Shown: piece by piece, positions 54,287-63,740 of the stretch
How positions within the stretch are numbered: the stretch's first letter is position 1
Layout of the letters: each line of letters begins with the position of its first letter
Assembly: GCF_028368995.1 (NCBI RefSeq)
Contig: NZ_JAQNDL010000001.1
Location: forward strand, 4,448,001 to 4,512,000
Length of the DNA stretch: 64,000 nt
Source of the DNA: Nannocystis bainbridge
GTDB taxonomy: Bacteria; Myxococcota_A; Polyangia; Nannocystales; Nannocystaceae
Direction of reading: 5' to 3'
Notes under the pieces: generated by a model
The model's input: only the letters and a program-made list of their open reading frames with translations
What the model was told of the DNA's origin: nothing
Database searches by the model: none
Made by a program: the position numbers and the translations under genes

Positions 54287-56191
54287 TTACTCGGCGGCGG
54301 CGCGGTCGTCTCCGCGGTGGAGGCGGAGGGTCTCTTCGCTCAGCTCGCGGATCGCCGGGCTGTCGGCCAGGCCGTTCTCGAGCAGCTCGCTGAACTCGCC
54401 GTCGAGCAGGCGGCGGGCGGTGGCGTAGCGGTCGCGGTCGTCGTTGGAGCGGATCGCCCGGAAGCGGTCGGCGATCCGGCGGCGGGTCTGGCAGGCGAAG
54501 GCGTCCGCGAGCTCGACCGCGGCTGTCCCTTCGGGCAGGCCGGTGCGCTGGAGGACCTGGGCGCGGCTGATCGCCGCCGTCATGGCGAACAGGTCGGCGC
54601 CGATGTCGACGCAGCGGAACAGCAGGGCCTGGCGCTTCTCGAGGCTCGCGCCCTTGGCGACCATGAGGTGGAAGATCGTGCGCGAGAGGCGTCGGGTGGT
54701 GCGCTCGCACCAGCGGACGTGAGGCGCGAGCGCGCCGAACTCGGAGTAGCGCGGCCAGCGGCCCCAGCCGAGCCAGCGCGTCGGATACCAGCCGGCGTAG
54801 AACGCCCCGACCTGCGGCAGTTTGGCCAGCTTCTGCTTCATCGGCACCTTCGCGTCGACCAAATCGCCCGCCACCGCGAGGTGACGGTCCAGTGCTTCGC
54901 GGGCGATGAAGAGGTGCAAGATCTCCGAAGAGCCCTCGAAGATCAGGTTGATTCGGAAGTCGCGCATCATGCGTTCGACCGGGATCGGCGGCTCGCCGCG
55001 GGCCGCGAGCGACTGGCTGGTCTCGTAGCCGCGGCCGCCGCGGATCTGCAGCGTGCGGTCGATGATCTTCCAGCCCTCCTCGCTGTTCCACATCTTGGCG
55101 ACGGCGGCCTCGAGGCGGATGTCGCGGTCGCCGAGGTCGGCCATCGACGAGGCGAGGTCGCTCAGCGCGTCCATGGCGAAGGTCGTCGCCGCCATGTCGG
55201 TGAGCAGCTGCGCGATCGCGTCGTGCTTGCCGATCGCCTGGCCCCACTGCACCCGATGGTTGGCCCACTGGCGGCAGATCTCGATCGCGCGCTTGCTGGC
55301 GGCCGCGCACGAGGCGGGCAAGGTGAGGCGGCCCGTGTTGAGGGTGACGAGCGCGAGCTTGAGGCCGCGGCCCTCCTCCCACAGCAGGTTCTCCTTGGGC
55401 ACGTGGACGCCGGTGAAGCGGATGACGGCGTTCTCGATGGCGCGCAGGCCCATGAAGCGGCAGCGCTGGACGACCTCGACGCCGGGCCAGTCGCGCTCGA
55501 CGATGAAGGCGGAGATCTTGCCGGTGTCGGGGTGCCGGGCCATGACGACGTAGAGCTCGGCGATGGTGCCGTTGGTGCACCACAACTTCTCGCCGTTGAG
55601 GATGTAGTCGCCGCCCTCGGTGCGCTCGGCGGTGGTGTGCAGGTTGCCGGGATCGGAGCCGACGTCGCGCTCGGTGAGGGCGAAGGCGGACACGGCCCCG
55701 CGGGCGCACCGGGGCAGGTACTTGGCCTTCTGGGCGTCGGTGCCGAACAGCTTGACCGGCTGCGGCACGCCGATCGATTGATGCGCGGACAGCAGGGCGA
55801 CGAGGTTGCCGTCCTGGCTGGTGATGAGCTTGATGACCTCGCAGTACTCGCGCTGGGTGAAGCCGAGGCCGCCGTACTCGACGGGGATCTTCATGCCGAA
55901 GGCGCCCATGGCCGCGAGCTTGTCGATGACTTCCTGGGGGATCTGGCCGTCGCGGTCGATGGCCTCGGAGTCGACCTCGTCGGCGAGGAAGCGCCGCATC
56001 CGCTCGTAAAAGGCGCGGAAGGTCGGGCGCTCGGGCGGGACGTCCGGGAACGGGTGCACGAGGTCGAGCCGGAAGTTGCCGAGGAACAGCTCCTTGAGGA
56101 AGGAGGGCGCGCTCCACTCGGTCTCGCGGGACTCCTCGGCGACCTGGCGCGCCTCGGCTTCGGTAAACGTCTTCGCGGGGCGAGTCGTCAT
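54287..56191 (-). CDS. Acyl-CoA dehydrogenase (long, VLCAD/ACAD9-like)
   Basis: LLSAHQSIG, AFALTE..VGSDP, LNGEKLWCTNG, LNTGRL, RGGRGYE, RDFRINLIFEGSSEI. Confidence 0.92.
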   Translation of the reverse strand: MTTRPAKTFTEAEARQVAEESRETEWSAPSFLKELFLGNFRLDLVHPFPDVPPERPTFRAFYERMRRFLADEVDSEAIDRDGQIPQEVIDKLAAMGAFGMKIPVEYGGLGFTQREYCEVIKLITSQDGNLVALLSAHQSIGVPQPVKLFGTDAQKAKYLPRCARGAVSAFALTERDVGSDPGNLHTTAERTEGGDYILNGEKLWCTNGTIAELYVVMARHPDTGKISAFIVERDWPGVEVVQRCRFMGLRAIENAVIRFTGVHVPKENLLWEEGRGLKLALVTLNTGRLTLPASCAAASKRAIEICRQWANHRVQWGQAIGKHDAIAQLLTDMAATTFAMDALSDLASSMADLGDRDIRLEAAVAKMWNSEEGWKIIDRTLQIRGGRGYETSQSLAARGEPPIPVERMMRDFRINLIFEGSSEILHLFIAREALDRHLAVAGDLVDAKVPMKQKLAKLPQVGAFYAGWYPTRWLGWGRWPRYSEFGALAPHVRWCERTTRRLSRTIFHLMVAKGASLEKRQALLFRCVDIGADLFAMTAAISRAQVLQRTGLPEGTAAVELADAFACQTRRRIADRFRAIRSNDDRDRYATARRLLDGEFSELLENGLADSPAIRELSEETLRLHRGDDRAAAE

Positions 56192-56469
56192 GCCGCGAGT
56201 CTGATCGCACTTGCGCAGGCTCGCCCCGGCGCCCCGAGCGCTCACGGCCTGGCGGGCAGAAGCAGACCCGTGCGGCTGCGGGCTTTGCGCCGGTCGGCGC
56301 GGCGGGCAGGGCGGCGCGTGGCGTGTGCACCCGCTCGTGCGCCGCGATCTGCCACAGGCGCTCGCGGCGTTTCGCCACGGCTGTCCGCGAGGACATGTCT
56401 GATGGGACAGTGACTCCAGGGATTGCTCGGGTTTCGGGGCTGGCCCGCGAGGTGATAATAGAGGCGCTC

Positions 56470-57534
56470 ATGCGTAGCTTGATGGTCTCTTGTTTGGCGC
56501 TGCTCGCCGCCTGCCCGGGCGACGAGGCGACGTCTGTCTCTTCGGCCAGTTCGACGGCCGATCCGCCGAGCACCGGCGGGCCGGCGACGGACGCGAGCAC
56601 CGGGGGGACGCCGACGACCGGCGCGACGGAGGCGAGCACCACGGACGCGATCACGTCGGAGGCGAGCACCGCGGAGGCCCCGACGAGCACGACGGGCGAG
56701 GCCGGAGTGGCGGGGCTCGAGTTGATGCAGCGGCTGGCGGGCTTGTGGAGCGGGCCGGCCTCGATGACGCCGCTGGGGACGTTCCCGCTGCTGAACATGG
56801 ACCTGCGCGCGGCTTCGGGGCAGGTGCTGTTCAGCCGCGTGGACCTCGACGCGAACAACAGCCTGCGGTTCGCGTTCGCGGTCGAGGACCACGGGTCGGG
56901 GCCGACGCTGGTGTACCGCAACGGCGGTTATTTCCTGGGGATGCTCCGCGACTCGCGGGCGGCGCTGACGGAGCACACGGACTCGAGCTGGCGGTTCTGC
57001 TCGGTCACGAAGGGCTGCGAGTACATCGACGCGACGTTCGCGTTCGACGGCGAGGACCACGTGATCCTCGACGTGAAGGTGAAGGGGATCCAGCACGTGT
57101 ACTGGGACGCGCTGCGCGAGGAGACGCGGGCGCTGCCGGAGCCGTTCCCGGCCGAGGCGCCGCCGCTGGCCCCCGACGCGCCGTTCCCGACGATGCCGAG
57201 CCTGAAGGTCGATGTGTCGTGGGCGGAGCCGCTGGCGGTGGACGGCGGGGTGTGGGCGATCGTGACGACCGAGCCGTGCGACCTGCAGTTCACCTGCAAG
57301 CACAGCCGCTCCCTGCTGGCTTCGGCGCCGGCAGGGGCGACTTCGGCGTCGCTGACGATGGAGCAGATCCACACGGGGCCGTACAAGCTGACGGTGGTGC
57401 TCGACCGCAACGGGAACATGGACGAGACGCTGTTCCCGGACGCGGGCGACGGAGTGTCGCTGCCGAACCAGGCGGTGATGGTGGCGCCGGCAGGCGAGAC
57501 GAGCGTGAAGACGGCGATCGTCGTCGATCTTTGA
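56470..57534 (+). CDS. Hypothetical lipoprotein with Thr/Ser-rich stalk
   Basis: MRSLMVSCLALLAAC lipobox; T/S linker; two beta-rich domains with a DRNGN...D Ca-binding-like loop. Confidence 0.75.
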   Translation: MRSLMVSCLALLAACPGDEATSVSSASSTADPPSTGGPATDASTGGTPTTGATEASTTDAITSEASTAEAPTSTTGEAGVAGLELMQRLAGLWSGPASMTPLGTFPLLNMDLRAASGQVLFSRVDLDANNSLRFAFAVEDHGSGPTLVYRNGGYFLGMLRDSRAALTEHTDSSWRFCSVTKGCEYIDATFAFDGEDHVILDVKVKGIQHVYWDALREETRALPEPFPAEAPPLAPDAPFPTMPSLKVDVSWAEPLAVDGGVWAIVTTEPCDLQFTCKHSRSLLASAPAGATSASLTMEQIHTGPYKLTVVLDRNGNMDETLFPDAGDGVSLPNQAVMVAPAGETSVKTAIVVDL

Positions 57535-57601
57535 ACGTTGGGACATGTTCAAGGGGGCATGTCCTGATGGGCATGTCCTGTCGGGCATGTTCTTTGATGC
57601 G
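57532..57601. repeat. Five tandem 14-bp units starting at a stop codon
   Basis: TGAACGTTGGGACA-TGTTCAAGGGGGCA-TGTCCTGATGGGCA-TGTCCTGTCGGGCA-TGTTC... Confidence 0.85.
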
Positions 57602-57699
57602 ATCCGGGTCGGGATCCGCCGGGGCATGGCCGGGGTCGGGCTCGCGGATGAATCGAAGCGGGCGCGGCTGCCCGGTCCTTCGGGGCGGCAGGAGGTGCT

Positions 57700-58647
57700 A
57701 TGCTCGCGCGCGTGTCGCCCGAGGTCCTGCGGCTCGCCGCCTTGCTCGAAGAGTCGCTCCGCGCGCTGGCCGAGGTGCCGCTGGCGGAGCTGGTCGCGGG
57801 GCGAGCGCTGCCGGAGCCGAGCGCGGCGCTGGTGGAGCACCTGCGGGCCCACCGGGCGGGGCTGGCGGGCTGGCTGCGCACGCCGGCCTGCGCCGAGGCG
57901 CTGTGCGTGCGGCTGGCCCGGTGGCTGTGGAGCCGCAACCAGTACGTGCGCCTCGATCGCGCGGCGCTGACGGCGGCGTGCGCCCGGGCGGCCGAGGCGC
58001 TGGCCGAGGGGCTCGAGGGCGAAGCTGATCCGAAGGACATGTCCGAACGGCTAGTACGCACGGGACAGGAGCTGCAGGCCCGGGTGGCGGCGCTGGTCCG
58101 CGCGGGCGGGGGCAAGACGGACGTGGTCTGCAGCGAGTACGCGGTGACGCTGCAGCGCGACGCGCTCGGGCTCGGCGACGCGCCGCTGGCAGCGCCGGTG
58201 CTCGACGTCGGCTGCGGGGCGTCGGCAGGGTTCGTGCGCGCGCTGCGAGCGGAAGGGGTGGCGGCGACCGGGCTCGACCGCGAGGCGCCAGAGGACGTGG
58301 CGCTGGTGGGCGACTGGTTGAGCTTCCCGTTCGGGCAGGATCGCTGGGGCACGATCGTGTCGCACCAGGCGTTCTCGCTCCACTTCGTGCATCAACACCT
58401 GGCGCAGGGGCCGGAGGCGTACGCGTACGCGCGGGTGTACATGGCGATGCTGCGAGCGCTGAAGCCGGGCGGGCGGCTGGTGTACGCGCCAGGGCTGCCG
58501 TTCGTCGAGGGGATGCTGCCGAAGGCGACGTACCGCTGCACGCGAGTGCCGCTGCCAGAGGCGATGATGAGCGAGGCGGTGCACGCGCTCGAGCGCGCGG
58601 CCGGGTTCGAGCTGGCGTACGCAGCCCACGTGGAGCGGCTGGCCTGA
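57700..58647 (+). CDS. Class I SAM-dependent methyltransferase-like protein
   Basis: VLDVGCG motif I, GLD motif II, GDWL, LKPGGRL. Confidence 0.75.
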   Translation: MLARVSPEVLRLAALLEESLRALAEVPLAELVAGRALPEPSAALVEHLRAHRAGLAGWLRTPACAEALCVRLARWLWSRNQYVRLDRAALTAACARAAEALAEGLEGEADPKDMSERLVRTGQELQARVAALVRAGGGKTDVVCSEYAVTLQRDALGLGDAPLAAPVLDVGCGASAGFVRALRAEGVAATGLDREAPEDVALVGDWLSFPFGQDRWGTIVSHQAFSLHFVHQHLAQGPEAYAYARVYMAMLRALKPGGRLVYAPGLPFVEGMLPKATYRCTRVPLPEAMMSEAVHALERAAGFELAYAAHVERLA

Positions 58648-58668
58648 GGTTCGTGGTAGCCTCCGGCT

Positions 58669-59988
58669 GTGGGGATCCGCGAGGAGCGTCGCCGCCTGCC
58701 GATCGTGGCGTTGGCCCCGCCGACGCGCTCCCGCAGGGCGCTGCCGATCGCGGCCGGTCAGGCCCCGGTGCCGCGGATCGTGGTGTGGGAGTTCACGAGC
58801 GCGTGCGACCAACACTGCGCCCACTGCGGGCCGCGCTCGGGCAAGCGACGGCGCGATGAGCTGACGACCGAGGAGGCGCTGCGCCTGTGCGACGAGCTGG
58901 CGGCGGCCGGGGTCGGCGAGGTGACGCTGATCGGGGGGGAGGCGTACCTGCGCCCGGACGTGCTGCAGATCGTGCGAGCGATCCGCGAGCGCGGGATGAG
59001 CTGCACGATGACGACCGGCGGCTACAGCCTGACGGCCGAGATCGCGGAGGCGCTGGTCGAGGCGGGGGTGCAGAGCGTGTCGGTGTCGATCGACGGATTG
59101 GCGGCCTGCCACGACGCGCTGCGGGGGCGACCGAAGAGCTTCGAGCGGGCGTTCGCGGCGCTGCGCCACCTGAAGGCGGCAGGCTCACAGGTGTCGGCGA
59201 ACACGCAGATCAACACGAGGACGCTGCCGGACCTGGAGGGGCTGCTCGAGCTGCTGGCGCCGGAGGGGATCCACAGCTGGCAGGTGCAGGTGACGATGGC
59301 GCACGGGGCAGCGGCGGACCACCCGGAGATCTTGCTGCAGCCGTACGAGATGCTGGCGGCGTACGAGGTGGTGGAGCGGCTGCTGGCCCGCTGCGAGGCG
59401 CTGGGGATCCGTCTGTACCCGGGCAACAGCCTGGGATACTTCGGTCCGCTCGAGCACCGGCTGCGCCGCAACTCGACGCAGCGCGGGCACTACTTCGGCT
59501 GTCAGGCGGGGATCTCGGGGGCGGCGGTGTCGAGCCACGGCGAGGTGAAGAGCTGCCCGAGCCTGGGGGATGAAGGGGTGGGCGGGTCGTGGCGCGAGCA
59601 CGGGTTCGCGGCGCTGTGGGAGCGCGCGCCGGAGATCGTGTACATGCGCCAGCGGACCCGCGCGGAGCTGTGGGGGCTGTGCGCGAGCTGCTACTACGCG
59701 GCGGTGTGCATGGGCGGCTGCACTTCGATGAGCGAGCCGCTGCTCGGCCGCCCGGGCAACAACCCGATGTGCCACCACCGAGCGCTCGAGCTCGACCGCC
59801 AGGGGCTGCGTGAACGCATCGAGCCGGTCCGCGCTGCGCCAGGGCAGCCGTTCGACCACGGGCTGTTCCGGCTGATCCGCGAGCACAAGGACCCGGAGCA
59901 GCGGGCGCTCCACGGGCCGGTTCACGTCGACGAGCCGCGGAGGTCCCGGGTCGAGGAGCCGCGCGGGTCAGGCTCGCCGCTCGAGTGA
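58669..59988 (+). CDS. Radical SAM/SPASM peptide maturase, resembling the nif11-class maturase 3 / PlpX splicease family
   Basis: WEFTSACDQHCAHC, EVTLIGGEA, MTTGG, VSVSIDG, NTQIN, PGN..GY.GP, GCQAG, CPSL, LWG.CASC....VCMGGC, GNNP.CHHRAL, G.PFD.G.F. Confidence 0.85.
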   Translation: MGIREERRRLPIVALAPPTRSRRALPIAAGQAPVPRIVVWEFTSACDQHCAHCGPRSGKRRRDELTTEEALRLCDELAAAGVGEVTLIGGEAYLRPDVLQIVRAIRERGMSCTMTTGGYSLTAEIAEALVEAGVQSVSVSIDGLAACHDALRGRPKSFERAFAALRHLKAAGSQVSANTQINTRTLPDLEGLLELLAPEGIHSWQVQVTMAHGAAADHPEILLQPYEMLAAYEVVERLLARCEALGIRLYPGNSLGYFGPLEHRLRRNSTQRGHYFGCQAGISGAAVSSHGEVKSCPSLGDEGVGGSWREHGFAALWERAPEIVYMRQRTRAELWGLCASCYYAAVCMGGCTSMSEPLLGRPGNNPMCHHRALELDRQGLRERIEPVRAAPGQPFDHGLFRLIREHKDPEQRALHGPVHVDEPRRSRVEEPRGSGSPLE

Positions 59989-59992
59989 GGGC

Positions 59993-60075
59993 TGGGCTTC
60001 AGGACATGTCCTGAAGAATGTCGAGTTTCGAGATGGTCGCGAGGACATGTCTGACGCGACATGTCCTCAGGGACA
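59993..60075. repeat. 14-bp unit clusters between convergent genes
   Basis: CTTCAGGACATGTCCTGAAG perfect palindrome; GGACATGTCTGACGCGACATGTCCTCAGGGACA. Confidence 0.8.
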
Positions 60076-60085
60076 ATCAGGACGG

Positions 60086-60664
60086 TCAGTGCAGGTCGTC
60101 GATCTGGGCCGGCGGGGCGCCGTAGGGCAGCGGCAGGGTGTCGAAGGTGTCGTTGGTGGTCGAGTCGGTGTCGGTGCCCGTGCTCGTGGTGGTGGTGCCG
60201 TCGGTGTCGAGGGTGGTGGTGCCCTCGGTGTCGCCGGTGGTGGTGGTGGTGTCGAGGGTGGTGGTGCCGTCGGTGTCGAGGGTGGTGGTGCCCTCGCTGG
60301 TGACGGTGGCGCTGTCGGAGGCGGTCTCGGTCGGGTCGCCCGGGCCAGTCGTCGAGGCGCCGGTGGTGGCCGAGGTGCCGGTGTCACTGGCAGTGCCGGT
60401 GTCGCTGACCGTGCCGGTGTCCGTGGTGGTGACGGGCTCCTGGGTGGTCTGCGTCCCCTGCGAGGTGCCGCTGTCGCTGCCGTCGCTGTCGCTGCCGACC
60501 GTCTCGTTCTTCGACGGCTCGGAGCAGGCGGTGAGGCCGAGGCCGAGCACCGCGCCGAGCACGAGGGCGGGGAACGTCGGGGCCGAACGCAGCGGCGCGG
60601 CGCAGAAGCAGCAGGTGGCGACGTCGCCCAGGATGTGACGGGAGCACGCGGGACAGAGCTGCAC
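60086..60664 (-). CDS. Zinc-ribbon leader plus lipoprotein-like Thr-rich protein ending in PLPYGAPP (candidate radical SAM substrate)
   Basis: GTG start; CPAC-x10-CCFC; hydrophobic stretch ending GLTAC; Thr/Asp repeats; terminal LPYGAPP. Confidence 0.75.
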   Translation of the reverse strand: MQLCPACSRHILGDVATCCFCAAPLRSAPTFPALVLGAVLGLGLTACSEPSKNETVGSDSDGSDSGTSQGTQTTQEPVTTTDTGTVSDTGTASDTGTSATTGASTTGPGDPTETASDSATVTSEGTTTLDTDGTTTLDTTTTTGDTEGTTTLDTDGTTTTSTGTDTDSTTNDTFDTLPLPYGAPPAQIDDLH

Positions 60665-60873
60665 GGGGGCAGCATAGGCGAGTTCGCGGGCGCCGAGTAG
60701 ACCGCGCGATCGTCGGCGAGCGCGGGATGAGAGGAATGCCGGCTGCGCGCAGCGCGAGCTACGAGCGCGATGGGGAGGTTCGCACGCGCCACGGTCGAGC
60801 ACGCTCGCGGCTCCCAGGCCGGAGCGGCGAGGGAGCCCCCGACCCGGGCGGACTCGCGCGGAGGCGAATCAGA

Positions 60874-60933
60874 TGTCCCGCGGGACAGGTGGCGAGGTTT
60901 CGTGATGTCCTCGAGGACATGTCCTCGAGGGCA
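60874..60933. repeat. 14-bp units
   Basis: TGTCCCGCGGGACA (60874) and TGTCCTCGAGGACA-TGTCCTCGAGGGCA (60906-60933). Confidence 0.85.
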
Positions 60934-60951
60934 TATCGACGCGCAGCGCGC

Positions 60952-61680
60952 TCACGGGCACTCGGGCAGGGGGCCGTCCATGCAGGGCTCGAAGCCGGGG
61001 GGCGTGCAGCCGGAGGCGACGTCGAAGGCGAGGGCGGGCTGGTCGAGTGGGCAGACGGTGACGACGGCGGGCGGGCAGGGCGGCTGCAGCTTGTCGCAGG
61101 CGAGGAACTGCGGGGCGTCGAAGTCGGCGCAGAGCATCATGTCCTGTTCGACGTGGGGGGCACCGAAGTGGGCGGTGCAGTTGGGATCGATGGCGCACTC
61201 GGCCTCGTTGACTCCGAGGCAGTCCTCGCCGCACAGGGTGACCATGGTGGTGCAGGGCTCGAGGCCGGGCGGGATGCAGGTGTCGTCGAGCAGGTAGATC
61301 TCGAGGCTGTCGGGGCGGCAGGCGATGGTGGGCGTGGCGGCGCAGTCGGTCTGGACGATGCAGCCGAGGAAGGCCAGGTTGGGGGTGCAGCCGGGGAATT
61401 CGTAAGGGGTGCCGAGGACGGCGCGGCAGCCGGGTGTGGCGCTGCAGGCGAGCTCGTCGAGGTCGGCGCAGGCGAGGCCTTCGGTGGTGCTGCCGGTGGT
61501 CGGTTGCGCCTCGGTGGTGGTGCCGTCGGTCGTGGTGGTCTCGCTGGCGGTGCCCGTGGCGGTCGTGTCGGGCTCGACGGTCGAGGCGTCGCTGTCGCTG
61601 TCACCGCCCGAGTCCTTGGGATCGCCGACGATCTGGCAGGCGGACAGGACGAGGAGGAGCGCAGGGTGGAAGAACCGCAT
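60952..61680 (-). CDS. Cys-rich lipoprotein with Thr stalk and two internal repeats
   Basis: LLLVLSAC lipobox; two ~75-aa modules C..L.E..C...P.C....G.P ... C.PPG.EPC. Confidence 0.78.
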   Translation of the reverse strand: MRFFHPALLLVLSACQIVGDPKDSGGDSDSDASTVEPDTTATGTASETTTTDGTTTEAQPTTGSTTEGLACADLDELACSATPGCRAVLGTPYEFPGCTPNLAFLGCIVQTDCAATPTIACRPDSLEIYLLDDTCIPPGLEPCTTMVTLCGEDCLGVNEAECAIDPNCTAHFGAPHVEQDMMLCADFDAPQFLACDKLQPPCPPAVVTVCPLDQPALAFDVASGCTPPGFEPCMDGPLPECP

Positions 61681-61891
61681 GGGCGCAAGCATAAGAGATG
61701 GGTCGCGCTCGCGGTTCGCGGAGGCTGTCCTTTGGGCAAGGTCGAGCTCGCCGGGGTGCGGGCAGGCGGCCGCAGGCGCGGGCTGCGAGGGGCGGTAGAT
61801 CGCACTCGCGCGAGGGGCGCGAGGGCGCGCTCGCGGGACGCATGCGTGACGCGGCGGAGCGAGGCGGCGATCGGTGCATAATGCGGACACG

Positions 61892-62683
61892 ATGGCCACG
61901 TCCGAGTCCGCCCCGAGCGATGCCCCGTCTCACGCCGCCGAGGCGGCCCTCGCCGACGCCGAGCGGCGACTGGCAGCGCTGAGCGCCGAGCTGCAGGCGA
62001 CGCGCGAGTCACTCGACCGCGAACGTTCGCAGCGCGCGGGGTGGGACCTCGAGCGCGGCGGGCTGCGGGGCGACCTGGCCGAGGCGCGCCGTCGACTCGA
62101 CGCGGAGGCGCAAGCGCACGCGCAGACCCGCGGGGCGCACGACCTGATCGAGAGCCGGGTGGCGGCGGCGGAGACCGAGGTGGCCGACGCGCGGCGCGAG
62201 GCGAACCGTCAGCGCGAGCGCGGCGACAGGGCGCAGCGCGAGCTGGACGAGGCGCGCCGCGAGCTCGAGGCCGAACGCAGCAATCACCGGGCGACGCGCG
62301 AGCGGACGGAGGCGCTCGAGGGCGGGCGCGCGAAGGCAGGACAAGAGCTGACGAGCTTGCAGGCGCAGGTCGAGCGGGCGGTGGCGGACGCGAACGAGCT
62401 GCGGCTGAAGTTGACGGCCGATCAGACGGTGCTGCTCGAGGCCCAGGCGCGCTGCGAGGCGCAGGCGAAGGAGCTGACGCTGCTCGGCGAGCGAGCGGCG
62501 GCGGCGAAGCGCGCCCTGGCCGACGAGACAGGGGCGCACGCGGAGACGCGGCGCCGGCTCGAGGAGCTGCGGGAGTCGCTCCACGAGGACGAGCGCCGTC
62601 GCCAGCGCAAGACGATCGCGGGGGTGGTGGGCGGTGCAGCGCTCGGTGCGGCGCTGTTCCTGCGGCGCCGGCTCGGCGGGTGA
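61892..62683 (+). CDS. Coiled-coil protein with C-terminal membrane anchor
   Basis: A/E/R/L-rich heptads; terminal IAGVVGGAALGAALFL followed by RRR. Confidence 0.75.
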   Translation: MATSESAPSDAPSHAAEAALADAERRLAALSAELQATRESLDRERSQRAGWDLERGGLRGDLAEARRRLDAEAQAHAQTRGAHDLIESRVAAAETEVADARREANRQRERGDRAQRELDEARRELEAERSNHRATRERTEALEGGRAKAGQELTSLQAQVERAVADANELRLKLTADQTVLLEAQARCEAQAKELTLLGERAAAAKRALADETGAHAETRRRLEELRESLHEDERRRQRKTIAGVVGGAALGAALFLRRRLGG

Positions 62684-62705
62684 GCGGGACGGCCGTCGCC
62701 GATAG

Positions 62706-62829
62706 TTATCTCGGGGACATGTCGTTCGGGACATGTCCGGTTCGGCGGTGAGCGGGGCGGCCGTCGCCGATCGGTGAGGATCGATCGTTGTCTTGGAGAC
62801 ATGTCGTTGTGGACATGTCGTTTGGGACA
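62706..62829. repeat. Two 14-bp unit clusters between convergent genes
   Basis: CATG at 62718/62732 and 62800/62814, CAT at 62828. Confidence 0.82.
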
Positions 62830-62844
62830 TCTATATTAAAGAAC

Positions 62845-63624
62845 TCAGCGGTTGAAGAACACAGGCAGCTCGGCGATGGGGACGAAGCCGAGGCGGGCGA
62901 GGATCGGGGCGGAGGTGTCGGCGCGGGCGTGGGTGGTGACGAGCTTCAGGCCGCGAGCGGCGGCGTGGCGGACGCGGGCGGCCAGGAGCGAGCGGTAGGC
63001 GCCGCGCGAGCGGTGGCCTTCGAGGATGACGGCGCCGATGAGGAAGGCCGAGCGCGCGAGGGCGCTGTAGTTGCCGATGCCGACCGGCTCGCCGCCACGA
63101 CTGGCGAGGAAGAAGTGGTTGCGATCGTCGGTGGGGTCGGCGAGGACCGAGCGCTGATAGGCGAGCAGCGGGGCCGGGTCGGTGTTCCAGCCGCGGCCTG
63201 TGACCTCGGCGTGGAGCTCGACGTTGTGAGGACCGACGCGCTCGACGAGGATGTCGTCGGCCTCGGGGATCTTCAGGGCGTCGATGGCGGCGGCCATGAC
63301 GATGCAGGAGTCGCGGCGCAGGCCGCGGCGCGCGAGGCGATCGGCGAGGTCGAGGGGGCGGCAGTCGGGGGTGACGGTCCAGCGGAAGCGCAGGCCTTGG
63401 GCTTCGTACTGGGCGAGCGTGGCGTCGATGACGGCCTCGACCTCGTGGTCGCCGAGGCGAGCGAAGGCGACCTCGTTGAAGCCGCCGCGGCGGAAGGAGG
63501 GCGTGAGGATCTGGAACCAGTCGGGGCGCTCGTAGACCTGGATGTCGGCGAAGCCGCCGCGCGCGAGGCGAGGCGAGACGAGGGCCTCGTGCAGGAGTTC
63601 GTCGCGGGTGAAGCCGGCGAGCAT
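62845..63624 (-). CDS. GNAT-family N-acetyltransferase
   Basis: GAVILEGHRSRGAYRSLL acetyl-CoA motif A; SAPILARLGF motif B; start at MLAGF. Confidence 0.82.
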   Translation of the reverse strand: MLAGFTRDELLHEALVSPRLARGGFADIQVYERPDWFQILTPSFRRGGFNEVAFARLGDHEVEAVIDATLAQYEAQGLRFRWTVTPDCRPLDLADRLARRGLRRDSCIVMAAAIDALKIPEADDILVERVGPHNVELHAEVTGRGWNTDPAPLLAYQRSVLADPTDDRNHFFLASRGGEPVGIGNYSALARSAFLIGAVILEGHRSRGAYRSLLAARVRHAAARGLKLVTTHARADTSAPILARLGFVPIAELPVFFNR

Positions 63625-63697
63625 GGGCGCAGGGTAGACGAATTCGGGGCGGCAGGCGCGGCCGGGCCGGCGGAGGTCGCGGCGCCCCGGCGTCACA

Positions 63698-63739
63698 TGT
63701 CGGTGAGGACATGTCCATCGGGACATGTCGTGAGGGGCG
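63698..63739. repeat. Three tandem 14-bp units
   Basis: TGTCGGTGAGGACA-TGTCCATCGGGACA-TGTCGTGAGGGGCG directly after the stop at 63741. Confidence 0.82.
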
Positions 63740-63740
63740 C

